Of a stretch of 64,000 nucleotides of DNA, positions 20,894 to 32,174 are shown piece after piece. Source of the DNA: Acidobacteriota bacterium (GTDB lineage: Bacteria > Acidobacteriota > UBA890 > WLXD01); the NCBI GenBank assembly GCA_965205505.1, contig CBDBHB010000009.1, forward strand, positions 1,504,001-1,568,000, given 5' to 3'. The translations under genes and the position numbers were made by a program. How positions within the stretch are numbered: position 1 is the first letter of the stretch; each line of letters starts with the position of its first letter. Below the pieces are notes generated by a model. The model saw only the letters and a program-made list of their open reading frames with translations, was not told the DNA's origin and ran no database searches.

Positions 20894-23284
20894 TGCGACC
20901 TCCGCATCTGAAACGGACGACTCTTTGTGATGGCGAGCACGAGCGACGAGAAACGATAGTCGTTTTGTGCCGCGTTTCGCACGATGGCGCGCACGGCTGG
21001 GGCATCGTGGTAGTCGACGCCACGGCCCAGGGCGAACGTAAGCAACTTTTCCGTCATCGTACCGACGAACACCTGCGGCCGGGCCAGGATCGCCGAGCGC
21101 AGTCCCGCTACGCCCTCGAAAGTCGCACCGCCGGGGAGGCTCCCCGACACGTCGATCGACGTGCGGTTCTCGCCGAGATCGCGCCATCGTCCAACGGCGT
21201 CGAAGTTCTCCATCGCCAGGCCGGCCGGGTCCATCAGCTGGTGACAGGCGGCGCACACCGGATTGGCGCGGTGCTCGACCATGCGTTCGCGCATCGACAA
21301 GGCCCTGCGGCCCGGTTCAGTCTCCGGTAACGGCGGCACCGTCGTGGGCGGCGGCGGCGGTGGCATCCCGAGGATGTTGCTGAGGACCCACTTTCCACGC
21401 AGCACGGGTGAGGTGCGCGTCGCGTACGAGGTCACCGTCAGGATGCTGCCGTGCCCCAGCAGTCCGGCCCGCTCGCTTTCCTCGGACAGCTGCACCCGTC
21501 GAAAATGGTCGCCGTAGATGTGCGGCATTCCGTAGTGTCTGGCGACACGCTCGTTGACATAAGTGTAGTCGGCGGTCAGCAGATCGACGACGTTGCGGTC
21601 TTCGCGGACGATGCTGTCGAACAAGAGCTCTGTCTCGCGACGAAATCCCTGGCGCAGGTTGTCGTCGAAGTCGGGAAACAACCGCAAATTAGGCCGGGCG
21701 GCATCCAAGTTTCGCAAGTGCAGCCACTGCCCGGCGAAGTTGGTGCTCAGCGACTCGGCCCGCGGGTCCATCAGCATCCGGCGAACCTGAGACTCGAGCA
21801 CATCCGGTTTCCCGAGCTCGCCGCGCCTGGCGACGGCCAGTAGCTCGTCGTCCGGAATGCTGCTCCAGAGAAAGAAGGACAGGCGCGTTGCCAGCTCCAG
21901 ATCGCTGAGCAGATACGCCTCGCCCGAGGCGACATGGTCGGCGTCTCGCTCGATACGGAACAGGAACTCGGTGCTCGACAGCAGCGCCCTGAGCGCTGTC
22001 TCGATCCCGGCCTCGAAGCTCCCCGTCGCGCGGGCGTTCCGATAGAACGAGAGCAATGCGGCGCTGTCAGCGTCGGTCACGGGGCGCCGATACGCACGTC
22101 GGGCCAACTTCGAAATGATCGTGCGCGCGCACGCTTGTTCGTCGTCCGCTGAGGCGCTGGCCGGCTGGCACACGAAGATCCGCTCACGGCTCGGCGTGGC
22201 GCCTGAGCCGGCGGCTTCGAACGGACCGGCGACGGCGACCGAGTGCACCCCCGGTTGCGTCCTGGGATGCCGGTCCATGTTGAAGTGAGCGTGGTAGGGC
22301 TGTCGCTCGGTTTCGATGAGTGCGGAGTTCTTCTTGATGAACGTCGCCGTAACAAACATGCGGGCCGGCCTCGACCGGCACTCGAGTCACCAGATCCTTG
22401 TCGACATCCACGTCGGAGTAGTAGTCGCCGAAGTTATTTCGATTCGGCGTGATCGTGAAGAGCTGGAGCCGCTCGCCGTCCAGGGCGAGCTCCATGACGT
22501 GGGGCTCCGTCAAGCCTTCGACGTTCTCGTTGCGGTTGCGCGAAAGTCGGACCCGGAGCTCGTATTCACCCTCGAGGGGAAAGTTGTAGCTGACGGCGGT
22601 GCCGCCGCGCGTGCCGAACGGCAGCCCGTCGAAGTGGTCTTCCTGTGTGAGATCGGCGGGGAGGACCACGACATGACTCCCCGGAGCCAGCAAGGCACTG
22701 CCGACGGCCGCCCGACTGACCTTCTGTGCGGCCGACAGATACCGATCCATCAGCATCGGCGAGAGACCGACGGCGCCGACGTTGTCGAACCCGTAGCTGG
22801 CGTCGTCGCGCGGCAGCAGCGCGGTCACGTCCACATCGAGCGCCAGCAGATCTCGCACCGCGTTCTGATACTCCGTCCGGTTGAGCCGGCGAAATGTGTC
22901 GGTACGGCCAGGGTCCGGGTTGCTGGTCGCAACGCGGTCGAGCTCGGTCTCCAGATACGCCAGCAGGTCTTCGTAGCTGGCCTCATCGGGCCGGGCGATC
23001 CGGGCCGGTGGCATGGCCCGAGCATTCAGCTTCCTGACGACCTTCTCCCAGACCTCGACGCGCTCGTCGATGCGGTCGAGCTTGACGGTATCGAGGGCAA
23101 GTCCGCCCGCCAGGGTTTGCTCGTTGTGACAGCTGGAGCAATAGGTCTCGACGAGTGCCGATTGCACCGAGACGTTCGGCGCGGCTTGCGCTGGGGTCGC
23201 CCGCGCACCATTGGGTGGCCAATAGACAACCGACAGCCCAATGGCCGCGCCCACCAGTACTCGTCTCGTGGTACGCACCGTCAT
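20890..23284 (-). CDS. DUF1592/PSD-domain (planctomycete-type) cytochrome c protein, +1 frameshift near 22357
   Basis: CSSCH, RRLNRTEYQNAVRDLL, ELATRLSFFLWSSIPD, TSPVLRGKWVL and CAACH; split over two frames by one extra T. Confidence 0.85.
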
Positions 23285-23385
23285 ATCTGCACCTCCCGGC
23301 TTCCCCGGATGACGCGGATTATACGGCAGACACAGCCTTGCAACACAGTGGAGATGGGGCGGCGTCGCGCTGGTCTCGGAGGCGG

Positions 23386-24726
23386 TTACCGGGATGGGAA
23401 CAGCGCCCGGTTCAGGATCGACTCGAAGAGCTCTTGCTTGGCGCTACGAGTCTCCGGCGCGGCGTTCGTGGATGCGATCTCATAGAGGTCGACGAACTCC
23501 AACTCACCGGATTCGAAAGCAGCCCCGGGAGCGGAGCGGAAGCTTGCGTAGCGTTCGTCGCGCAATCGCAGATAATCCGACTCCTCGAGGATGCTTGCCG
23601 CAACCAGCAGGGCACTTGCAAAGGTATCCATACCGGTAATGTGGGCGATGAACAGGTCATCCGCGTCGGTCGAGTTGCGGCGCAGCTTGGCGTCGAAATT
23701 GACTCCGCCGGTTCCGAGCCCGCCGGCTTGGAGCAATACGAGCATCGCCTCGGTAGTTTCGTATAGATCCACCGGGAACTGGTCGGTGTCCCAGCCGCTC
23801 TGGTAGTCGCCGCGGTTGGCGTCGATGCTGCCGAGAAGACCGGCATCAGCGGCCACCTGGAGCTCGTGCTGGAAGGTATGGCCGGCGAGCGTCGCGTGGT
23901 TGACTTCGATGTTGAGCTTGAAGTCATCGAGCAGGTCGAACTCGCGCAAGAAACCGACCGCGGTTGCGGCATCGTAGTCGTACTGGTGCTTCATCGGCTC
24001 CTGCGGCTTCGGCTCGATCAGGAAGACGCCGTCGAAGCCGTGGCTACGCGCGTAGTCGCGGGCGGCGTGCAGAAAGCGCGCCAGGTGCTCGCGCTCGCGC
24101 TGCATATCGGTGTTGAGCAGGCTCATATAGCCTTCTCGCCCGCCCCAGAACACGTAGTTGCTGCCGCCTAGAGCAATGGTGGCATCGAGCGCGCACTTCA
24201 CCTGGGCGGCGGCGTGGGCGACGACTGCGAAATCGGGGTTGGTGGCGGCGCCGTTCATATAGCGCGGGTGCGAGAACAGGTTGGCGGTACCCCAAAGCAG
24301 CTGCACGCCGGAGGCACGTTGCTTCTCGGCCGCATACTCGACGGCTGCTCGCAGGCGACGCTCGGACTCGCCAACGGAGTCGCCCTCGGCGACCAGGTCG
24401 ACGTCGTGGAAGCAGTAGAACGGCACCCCGAGCTTGGTGATGAACTCGAACGCTGCATCCATCTTCAACCGCGCCGCGGCGAGCGGATCGGGCTCCGTCG
24501 ACCAGGGGAACTCACGTGTCGGCGCGCCGAACGGGTCGCCGCCCCCAACGCCGAAGCTGTGCCAGTAGGCAACCGCGAAGCGCAGGTGCTCAGCGAGCGT
24601 CTTGCCGGCCACGGTGCGACCGGAGTCATAGGTCTTGAAAGCAAGCGGGTTGCGGGAGTCTGGTCCTTCGAACGCGATCTCCCCGACCTGCGGATAGAAC
24701 TCGTGGTCTCCGATCGTTACGGGCAT
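23386..24726 (-). CDS. xylA: Xylose isomerase (class II)
   Basis: [38 protein letters not shown] and GWDTDQF motifs. Confidence 0.95.
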   Translation of the reverse strand: MPVTIGDHEFYPQVGEIAFEGPDSRNPLAFKTYDSGRTVAGKTLAEHLRFAVAYWHSFGVGGGDPFGAPTREFPWSTEPDPLAAARLKMDAAFEFITKLGVPFYCFHDVDLVAEGDSVGESERRLRAAVEYAAEKQRASGVQLLWGTANLFSHPRYMNGAATNPDFAVVAHAAAQVKCALDATIALGGSNYVFWGGREGYMSLLNTDMQREREHLARFLHAARDYARSHGFDGVFLIEPKPQEPMKHQYDYDAATAVGFLREFDLLDDFKLNIEVNHATLAGHTFQHELQVAADAGLLGSIDANRGDYQSGWDTDQFPVDLYETTEAMLVLLQAGGLGTGGVNFDAKLRRNSTDADDLFIAHITGMDTFASALLVAASILEESDYLRLRDERYASFRSAPGAAFESGELEFVDLYEIASTNAAPETRSAKQELFESILNRALFPSR

Positions 24727-26237
24727 TTCGGTTGCTCCTGCACGTCGTGGCCGGCGAGCGCCCCTTCAAGGTGACGGCACCATCGATCATAGGCGGCGGC
24801 GTATTCCGAGCGCAGTAGATCGTCGGGCTCCACGAGGGCGCTCGCGATGAGGCCGGTGAATGCATCCGCGGTGGTCTCGTAGACCCCGGCACCGAGGCCG
24901 GCGCCGCGCGCCGCTCCCTGCGCTCCATCGGTCTCGTATAGCTCGATCGTTGCGCCGGTTGTGGTTGCCAGCGCCTGCCGGAAGATCGGGCTGGCGAACA
25001 TGTTGCCCGATCCGGCACGGATTACTCGCGGCTCGATTCCGGTGCCGCGCAGGACGTCCAGCCCGTAGCGGAAGGCGAAGGCGATGCCCTCCTGTGCGGC
25101 GCGCAAAAGGTGGGACTTCTGGTGCCGATTGAACCTCAGTCCGTGGATCTGACACCCGAGGTCCCGATTCTCGAGTAGTCGTTCCGCACCGTTTCCGAAG
25201 GGGAGAACGGCCACCCCGTCGCTGCCAACAGGCACCTGCCCGGCAGCGGTGTTCATGGCGTGGTAGTCAGTTCCCGAGGAGCACACTTGTCGCCGAAGCC
25301 AGGCGTTGAGAATGCCGGCGCCGTTGATGCACAGCAGCACACCGAGCCGCGGTGCGCTGCTTTCGTGGTTCAGGTGGGCGAATGTGTTCACCCGCCAGCG
25401 CGCGTCCGGCTGAGCAACGTCGCTGACGCCGTAAACTACCCCCGACGTGCCAGCGGTGGCGGCGATCTCACCCGGCTCGAATACGTCGAGCGACAGCGCG
25501 TTGTTGGGCTGGTCGCCGGCGCGATAGCTGACCGGGACTCCAGCCTCCAGCCCGAGCTCGGAGGCGGCAGCTCTTGTCAGGCTGCCTTGGGCACCAAACG
25601 TGGGGACTACATCCGGCAGCAGCGAATCGTCGAGCTCGAAATGGCGGAGCAGGGGCGACGAGATCTGGTCGTTGACGAAATCCCACAGGATGCCTTCCGA
25701 CAGGCCCGACACGGTGGTGGAAATGGCACCGGTCATGCGCATCGCGATCCAGTCGCCCGGTAGCATCATCTTGTAGACGCGGGCGAATATATCTGGCTCG
25801 TACGCCTTCACCCAGGCGAGCTTGGAGGCGGTGAAGTTGCCTGGCGAGTTCAGCAGATAACGCTGGCAATAGTCGAATCCGAGCGACTCGAGGGCGTCCT
25901 CGCCAAGCGTTACGGCGCGGCTGTCGCACCAAATGATTGCCGGCCGCAGGACCGCGCCTTGCTCGTCGACCAGGACGAGCCCATGCATCTGGTAGGCGAT
26001 GCCGATGGCACCGACATGGTCGGCCCGTACGGCCGCCCCTTCGAGCACCGCAGCCGTGGCGCGCACCAGGTGGCGCCACCAAAGCTCCGGATGCTGTTCC
26101 GCGTACCCGGGCCGCGTCGCGTCGATCGCCATCTCGTCGGCTGGCGATGATGCCGATGCGACACAGGCGCCGGTGTCGGCTTCAAGGAGGGCCGCTTTGA
26201 CCGACGAGCTTCCGACGTCGTATCCGAGGAGGTACAT
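24717..26237 (-). CDS. xylB: Xylulokinase (FGGY family)
   Basis: [24 protein letters not shown] and AGDQPNNA motifs; overlaps the xylA start. Confidence 0.9.
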   Translation of the reverse strand: MYLLGYDVGSSSVKAALLEADTGACVASASSPADEMAIDATRPGYAEQHPELWWRHLVRATAAVLEGAAVRADHVGAIGIAYQMHGLVLVDEQGAVLRPAIIWCDSRAVTLGEDALESLGFDYCQRYLLNSPGNFTASKLAWVKAYEPDIFARVYKMMLPGDWIAMRMTGAISTTVSGLSEGILWDFVNDQISSPLLRHFELDDSLLPDVVPTFGAQGSLTRAAASELGLEAGVPVSYRAGDQPNNALSLDVFEPGEIAATAGTSGVVYGVSDVAQPDARWRVNTFAHLNHESSAPRLGVLLCINGAGILNAWLRRQVCSSGTDYHAMNTAAGQVPVGSDGVAVLPFGNGAERLLENRDLGCQIHGLRFNRHQKSHLLRAAQEGIAFAFRYGLDVLRGTGIEPRVIRAGSGNMFASPIFRQALATTTGATIELYETDGAQGAARGAGLGAGVYETTADAFTGLIASALVEPDDLLRSEYAAAYDRWCRHLEGALAGHDVQEQPKCP

Positions 26238-26244
26238 CGGTCGG

Positions 26245-27450
26245 CTACGAGACCGCGCCGTAGTCCACGTCGATCTGTCGGCGTGAGGCGGCTGATGACA
26301 GCACGGCGTCACACACCACGGCGGCGCGATAACCGTCCACGAAGGTCGCCCCGTGGGGCGTGACATCGCGATCGTTGGCGATGCAGTCGAGCAGGTGAGC
26401 GAACTCGTGTACGAACGTGTGCTCCCAACCGATGATGTGTCCGTGAGGCCACCAGTGTTCCCAGAACGGGTGGTGTGCTTCGGTTACCAGTACATCGTGG
26501 AAGCCCTGCGTCTCGCGAGGCTCGTCGTCGACCCAGAACACCTGGAGCTCGTTGAGGCGTTCGAGGTTGAAGCAGATGCTGCCAAGCTCGCCGTTGATCT
26601 CTACGACCTGGTGATTCTTGCGGCCGGCCGCAAAGCGCGACGATTCGAGCGTTCCCAGAGCTCCGTTGGCGAATTCCACGGTGGCAACGAAGGCATCGTC
26701 GACGTCGACCTTGGCGTTGCCGGAGCCATCCGGCAAGGGCCTTTCGTCGATGAACGTGCGCGTCGCGGCGCCGACGCTGGCAATGTCGCCCACCAGGTAG
26801 TGCGCCAAGTCGATGATGTGCGCGCCCAGGTCGCCCAGTGCTCCGCTACCGGCGTGCTCCTTGTCGAGTCGCCAGATTCTCGGCGTGCCGTAGTGCGGCA
26901 GGATCCACTCCTGAAGGTAGACCGCACGATAGTGGTAGATACGGCCCAGCGCGCCGCTCTCGATCAGCTGGCGAGCCTGGCGTATGGCGGGCACGAAACG
27001 GTAGTTGAACGCCACCATGTGTTTGACGCCCGCGTCGCGTACCGCCGCCAGCATTGTCGCAGCCTCTTCCACGTTGCGGGCCAGGGGTTTTTCGCAGATC
27101 ACGTGCTTGCCGGCAGCGGCGGCGGCGATGCAGGGCTCGGCATGGACGTCGTTGGGTCCACCGTTGTCGAACAATTGCACGCGCTCGTCGTCGATGAGGT
27201 CGCGCCAGTCCGTGTAGTGCCTCGCGTAGCCGTAACGTCGCGCTGCTTCGGCGACGGCGCCCGCGTCGCGGCCGCAGATCGCTACCAACTCGGGTATCGC
27301 CGGTGGCGGGTAGATCATGTAGGGGAGCGTCTTGAGCGCGTTCGAGTGCGCCTTTCCCATGAAGGAGTAGCCGAGCACACCGACACCTATGCTGGGTACG
27401 TCGAGATCGGTCGTTGCCGCCGCCATGTCGGTGAAGGACTGCTCACCCAT
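26245..27450 (-). CDS. Gfo/Idh/MocA family NAD-dependent sugar oxidoreductase
   Basis: GYSFMGKAH, CEKPLA and GALGDLGAHIID motifs. Confidence 0.9.
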   Translation of the reverse strand: MGEQSFTDMAAATTDLDVPSIGVGVLGYSFMGKAHSNALKTLPYMIYPPPAIPELVAICGRDAGAVAEAARRYGYARHYTDWRDLIDDERVQLFDNGGPNDVHAEPCIAAAAAGKHVICEKPLARNVEEAATMLAAVRDAGVKHMVAFNYRFVPAIRQARQLIESGALGRIYHYRAVYLQEWILPHYGTPRIWRLDKEHAGSGALGDLGAHIIDLAHYLVGDIASVGAATRTFIDERPLPDGSGNAKVDVDDAFVATVEFANGALGTLESSRFAAGRKNHQVVEINGELGSICFNLERLNELQVFWVDDEPRETQGFHDVLVTEAHHPFWEHWWPHGHIIGWEHTFVHEFAHLLDCIANDRDVTPHGATFVDGYRAAVVCDAVLSSAASRRQIDVDYGAVS

Positions 27451-27480
27451 CCTTGTGCTCCCTACCTAGGGTAAACCGCA

Positions 27481-28479
27481 TCAGTCGTCGGCGAACGCCG
27501 CGTCGAACGCCACATCCGAGGGTGCGAAGTCCTGGTCGCGAACCATCTGTAGCGCCTCTTGCGCACCCCATTCCCGATCCATGCCGCTGTCTTCCCACTC
27601 GATCGACAAGGGACCGTTGTAGCCGATGCGGTTGAGCGCTCGTACGATTGGATCCCACTCTACGTCGCCACGCCCAGGAGACACGAAATCCCAACCCCGC
27701 CGAGGGTCACCGAAGTCCAAGTGTGACGACAGGATGCTGTTGCGTCCGTCCAACTGCAGCCGAGCGTCCTTCACATGGACGTGGAAGATACGGTCGGGAA
27801 ACTCCTCGATGAAGGTCACCGGCTCGATGAACTGGTGAACCAGATGGCTAGGATCGAAGTTGAACCCGAAGCTGGGGTGGTTGTCGATCGCGTCCAGCGC
27901 GCGCCGCGCCGTGATGGTGTCGTAGGCGATCTCGGTCGGGTGCACCTCGAGCGCGTAGCGCACCCCTTGTTCGGCGAATACACCGAGGACGGGCTGCCAA
28001 CGCTCGGCGAAATCGCTGTATCCAGCGTCGATATCGCCCTGGGTCGTGGGTGGGAAGAAGTAGAGCTTGGACCACACGCTACTGCCGGTGAATCCGTTGA
28101 CCACGTCGACACCGAACCGTCGCGCCGCCCGTGCTGTGTCGGCGATCTCCGCGGCGGCACGTTGCCGGACCCCCTCGGGCTCACCGTCTCCCCAGATACG
28201 GGGCGGCAAGATCCCACGGTGCCGTTCGTCGATCGGATCACACACGCACTGGCCTACCAAGTGGGTGCTGATGGCCGAGCACGACAGTCCGTGGCGCTCG
28301 AGTAGCTCCCGCTTGGCGTCGACGTAGGCGTCGTCGCTGAGCGCCTGGTCAACCTCGAAATGATCACCCCAGCAAGCCAGCTCGAGCCCATCGAAGCCCC
28401 ATTCGGCAGCCTTCGCAGCCAATGTCACCAAAGGCAGGTCAGCCCACTGGCCGGTGAACAGGGTGATCGCTCGTGACAT
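27481..28479 (-). CDS. Sugar phosphate isomerase/epimerase-like TIM barrel (IolE/AP endonuclease 2 family)
   Basis: [41 protein letters not shown] and SIEWED motifs. Confidence 0.88.
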   Translation of the reverse strand: MSRAITLFTGQWADLPLVTLAAKAAEWGFDGLELACWGDHFEVDQALSDDAYVDAKRELLERHGLSCSAISTHLVGQCVCDPIDERHRGILPPRIWGDGEPEGVRQRAAAEIADTARAARRFGVDVVNGFTGSSVWSKLYFFPPTTQGDIDAGYSDFAERWQPVLGVFAEQGVRYALEVHPTEIAYDTITARRALDAIDNHPSFGFNFDPSHLVHQFIEPVTFIEEFPDRIFHVHVKDARLQLDGRNSILSSHLDFGDPRRGWDFVSPGRGDVEWDPIVRALNRIGYNGPLSIEWEDSGMDREWGAQEALQMVRDQDFAPSDVAFDAAFADD

Positions 28480-28509
28480 CGAGAATCTCCTTTGTGGTGC
28501 CTAGGACGC

Positions 28510-28788
28510 CTAGTGCCCTGTAACAGAGGTTCGTTGCATATTGCTGGGTCGAGATGGGGGCAAGCTCAAGGCGCGATGAGGATGGCGATGCGGTGTCCAT
28601 CGTCGACGAATCGCAACGCTGAGATTGCCCCCATATCGACCCAGCCCTCCGGGTGGCCGCGGGACTGGCCACCTCCGGCGTCGGCTCTCCTCTGCGATAC
28701 GCTCAGCATCGCCGTCGTCGTGCCTCCTTGGATTCAGCTCAGTCGCGCGCGCCACAATATGCAACGAACCTCTGTTACAGGACACTAG
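28510..28788. mobile_element. MITE-like element, family B, long (279 bp) form
   Basis: TIRs CTAGTGCCCTGTAACAGAGGTTCGTTGCATATTG / CAATATGCAACGAACCTCTGTTACAGGACACTAG (1 mismatch); two internal cores; CTAG at both ends. Confidence 0.85.
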
Positions 28789-28961
28789 CTCCGCGGCAAT
28801 TTACGCGGGCGGCCGTCGCGAAACAACGTGCACTTTCGCTGATCGCAGGTCGCGGCTATATTCTGCGCTCGGGCTTCCGAAAGGGAATTCGTTCGTAGCG
28901 CCTGGCGCGCTCGCCCGCGCCCGCCAGCGCTGCCCCACCGGAGTTGGCGAGCCGCACCCCG

Positions 28962-30149
28962 ATGCATGACGAGCAGGCCTACGAGCGTGAGCCGTACCTC
29001 ACCGAGCTCCTTGTCGAGGTGATCTCGGTAGGCGACGAGGAGGGTCGTGCGTTCGCAATTCTCGACGACACGATTCTGTATCCGGAGGGCGGCGGCCAGC
29101 CAGCGGATCATGGCTCAGTCGGCGACGTGCCGGTAGTCGATGTGCAACGGGTTGACCGCGACATCCGCCACTATGTCGATCGCCCGATAGAGCCGGGGTC
29201 GGCGCGACTGACCCTGGACTGGTCGCGCCGATTCGATCACATGCAGCAGCACACTGCACAACACCTGATCACTGCACTGGCCGACGCGCAGCACGGCTGG
29301 GAGACGACTTCGTTTCATCTTGGTGAGCAGCGCTGCGACATCGAGCTCAACACACCGTTGCCGGATACGGCCTCCCTGGCTCGTTTGGAAGACGTCGTGA
29401 TGGGAGTGGTGCGATCGAATCGCCGGGTCAACGCGCGCCGTGTGTCGCCGGCTGAGGTTGGCACGCTCGAGATACGTACCCGCGGGCTGCCATCGGGGCA
29501 TCAGGGCAGTGTGCGCTTGGTCGAGATCGACGGCATCGATGTGGGCGCTTGCGGTGGCACGCACCTGTCGTCGACCGCCGAGATCGAGGCCGTCAAGCTA
29601 CTGGGGGTTGAAGCGATGCGGGGAGGATGCCGGCTGCACTGGGTAGCCGGTGGTCGGGTCCGCGCTCGGCTAGGCGGGCACGAAGCTCGCGCCCGCCAGC
29701 TGCGCGCCCAGCTCGACGCCGCCGATGAAGATCTCGTCGACGTCGTCGCGGGTCGCCTGGAGCGACTCAAGACGGCGGAGAGGCGCGTGCGCCGTGTGGA
29801 GAGTGACCTGGCCCGACAGGTTGCGCATCGGCTCGGCGGCGCCGATACGCCGGTCGTGGAGGCTCACTTCGACGACGCGAATGCCGGGTTCCTGCAGCTC
29901 GTCGCGCGCCATCTTGCCGTCGCTGCCGGTGCTCGCATCGCTTTCCTCACCGCCTCCGATGCCGGCGAGCATTTCTTCTTGCTCGCCACCGATGCCGATA
30001 GCTCAGTGCAGCTGCGCGGGCCTGGAGCGCAGGTTGCCGAGCTGCTCGACGGCCGAGGTGGGGGCTCCGGAACGCTCTTTCAAGGCAAGGCCGGCAGCCT
30101 GAACCGCCGTTGCGAGGCGGTGGCGCTGCTCGAGAAGCTCCGCGACTGA
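28962..30149 (+). CDS. Alanyl-tRNA editing protein (AlaX-L type)
   Basis: TILYPEGGGQPAD, MQQHTAQH and CGGTH zinc motifs; C-terminal GRGGG DHHA1-like domain. Confidence 0.9.
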   Translation: MHDEQAYEREPYLTELLVEVISVGDEEGRAFAILDDTILYPEGGGQPADHGSVGDVPVVDVQRVDRDIRHYVDRPIEPGSARLTLDWSRRFDHMQQHTAQHLITALADAQHGWETTSFHLGEQRCDIELNTPLPDTASLARLEDVVMGVVRSNRRVNARRVSPAEVGTLEIRTRGLPSGHQGSVRLVEIDGIDVGACGGTHLSSTAEIEAVKLLGVEAMRGGCRLHWVAGGRVRARLGGHEARARQLRAQLDAADEDLVDVVAGRLERLKTAERRVRRVESDLARQVAHRLGGADTPVVEAHFDDANAGFLQLVARHLAVAAGARIAFLTASDAGEHFFLLATDADSSVQLRGPGAQVAELLDGRGGGSGTLFQGKAGSLNRRCEAVALLEKLRD

Positions 30150-30209
30150 ATACTGTCGCCCACGCGCTTATCGACGCTGCCGTTTCGGGATCGCTGGATG
30201 GTGGTGTCC

Positions 30210-31826
30210 TCAGCCAGCGCTCGTCTCCCGGACGACGCCGACGCCGGCGCGAGTCCATTCGCCGTCAACGTGACGCCAAACGCCGGCTGGGTTCGCGTCG
30301 CGGAGCAAGCTCGGCAGACGGTGCTGACGAACGTTGTCGTAGCACTCCAGCATCGCGAAACGACTCAGCGAGGTCGGAATCCCGACCGCAGTGAAACCCG
30401 GATGACCGGTAGCCGGGTAGGGGCCACCGTGGTTCATCGCCGCCGTGACCGCTACACCGGTAGGCATCTTGTCGTTCAGTAGCCGCCCGACGCGGCGGCG
30501 CAAGGGCTTGGCGATGCGCTCGTAGAGGGCGTCGTCGTCACCGCCGGTGTGCGAGTAGACGCTGCCGGTGAGGTTGCCCTCGAGGCGCTCGGCGATGCGC
30601 TCCATCTCCGCGGCGTCGGTCGCCACGACGATGAGATTGGAGTTGCCGAATGCCTCGGTTTGCAGGCCTTCTGGATCGGCCAGGAACGCCGCACCGCTAG
30701 TACGTAACAAGGTGTTCTGGAAGCGACAACCTTGCCCCTCGATAGCCTCGCCGCCGGTGAGTAGCTCGGCGCCGGCTCTTTGAAGGGTATCGACCGCCGC
30801 CACCAGCCCTTGCACGCCTCCAGCACCCAGGAGTGCACCCACGTCCGCGCCTGTGAAGCGGGCGCGAAGGTCGTCGAGAAAGGCCTCGGCATCGTCGCCT
30901 GCCTGGACAACAAGCACACCCGGGTTGGTGCAAAACTGGCCCGTACCCAGCAGCGCCGAGCCGACGAACTCCTCGGCAAGGGCCTCGCGGCGCTCGGCCA
31001 GCGCGCCCGGCAGCACGAACACCGGGTTGATGCTGGAGAGCTCGAGATAGATCGGCTTGCCGACGCGGTCGGCTGCTTCCTTCAAAACCAAGCCGGCGGC
31101 GCGTGAGCCCGTGTAGCCGGTAGCGGCCACCAACGGATGCGCCACGAGATAGGCGCCGTCAGCGTGCGATGTGCGGTAGATCATCTGAACCGTTGCCGGT
31201 GGTAGCTCGGTCTCCTGAAGGGCCGGAACCACGGCCTCGGTGAGCAACTGCGTGGTGCGCGGGTGGCTGGAGTGCGCTTTGGAGATCACCGGGTTGCCGG
31301 CCGCGATGGCAGCGGCGAAATCGCCGCCGCAGGCTCCGTTGAAGGCGAGCGGGAAGTTGTTCGGTCCGAACACCACCACGGGTCCGCCTAGAGCACCGAA
31401 CATCGATCGGATGTTGCTGGCGGTATCGATCGTCGGCTGTCGCCAGCTGCCACAGCGAGCAGCAGCCGCCGCCTGTCGCAGCTGATCGGTGGTTCGCGGT
31501 AGCTCCACGTCCGCCAAGCGGGGGGACACCGGTAGCGCCGTCTCGAGGCTGGCAGCTACGGTGATCTCGTCCTTGGCGGCGTCGATACGGTGAGCGTAGC
31601 CGTCGAGGAACGCGGCGATGCGCTCCGGCTCGGCATCGGCCAGGGTGCGTGCCGCCTCTGCGCCTGCATGTAGCGCCGCGTCGATGTCGGCCCGACTGCT
31701 TACCGGGTAGACGTGAGGCAGCGACTCGCCGGTATCCGGGTTGCCGGCCTGGAACGTTCCGGTGGCGTTGGCTGGTCGCCAGTCTCCGTCTATGAGTATC
31801 TTCTCCAAGTGCTGCTCCACTGCCAT
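30210..31826 (-). CDS. NADP-dependent aldehyde dehydrogenase, alpha-ketoglutaric semialdehyde dehydrogenase-like
   Basis: FGPNNFPLAF, GGDFAAA, YTGS, ELSSINP, GQFCTNPG and HGGPYPAT motifs. Confidence 0.88.
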   Translation of the reverse strand: MAVEQHLEKILIDGDWRPANATGTFQAGNPDTGESLPHVYPVSSRADIDAALHAGAEAARTLADAEPERIAAFLDGYAHRIDAAKDEITVAASLETALPVSPRLADVELPRTTDQLRQAAAAARCGSWRQPTIDTASNIRSMFGALGGPVVVFGPNNFPLAFNGACGGDFAAAIAAGNPVISKAHSSHPRTTQLLTEAVVPALQETELPPATVQMIYRTSHADGAYLVAHPLVAATGYTGSRAAGLVLKEAADRVGKPIYLELSSINPVFVLPGALAERREALAEEFVGSALLGTGQFCTNPGVLVVQAGDDAEAFLDDLRARFTGADVGALLGAGGVQGLVAAVDTLQRAGAELLTGGEAIEGQGCRFQNTLLRTSGAAFLADPEGLQTEAFGNSNLIVVATDAAEMERIAERLEGNLTGSVYSHTGGDDDALYERIAKPLRRRVGRLLNDKMPTGVAVTAAMNHGGPYPATGHPGFTAVGIPTSLSRFAMLECYDNVRQHRLPSLLRDANPAGVWRHVDGEWTRAGVGVVRETSAG

Positions 31827-32174
31827 GAGTTTCCATCGGATGGTGCCGGCGTCCCTGCTGCGAAAGGCGCCGGCAGTTTGGAAGGTGGCGAGCCACAGAA
31901 TCTACAACTCGTGGCTCGCCCGCGTAGCCGTCTCGCGTACCGCATGTCGGTGAGGTGCGGGTACGGCGGGTTCCCCGATTCGCTAGCTTGGGTGGCCTCG
32001 GGGGACCAGCTTGCTCGATTCAGCCCGCGTGTTCGCGGATATGATGGCTCGAGTGCCGACTCTCCAGCGGCGCTGCCAAGCTTCCGCTACCTGCCCTGGT
32101 AGGCGTTTGCTACGATTCCGGAACCGGTCGCGCTGCCGCGTCGACCGCCGTCGATCCCTGCGTTTCTGATCCCT

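Noticed and set aside
7285-28788. Repeats as a CRISPR array or integron attC sites
   Set aside because: They are dispersed rather than tandem, have no cas or intI nearby, lack RYYYAAC/GTTRRRY ends, and the flanking genes are not co-oriented cassettes.
28810-28900. Possible riboswitch (TTCCGAAAGGGAA hairpin) or LacI-type operator between the sugar operon and alaX
   Set aside because: A single short hairpin and a weak palindrome with no match to a consensus I can support.
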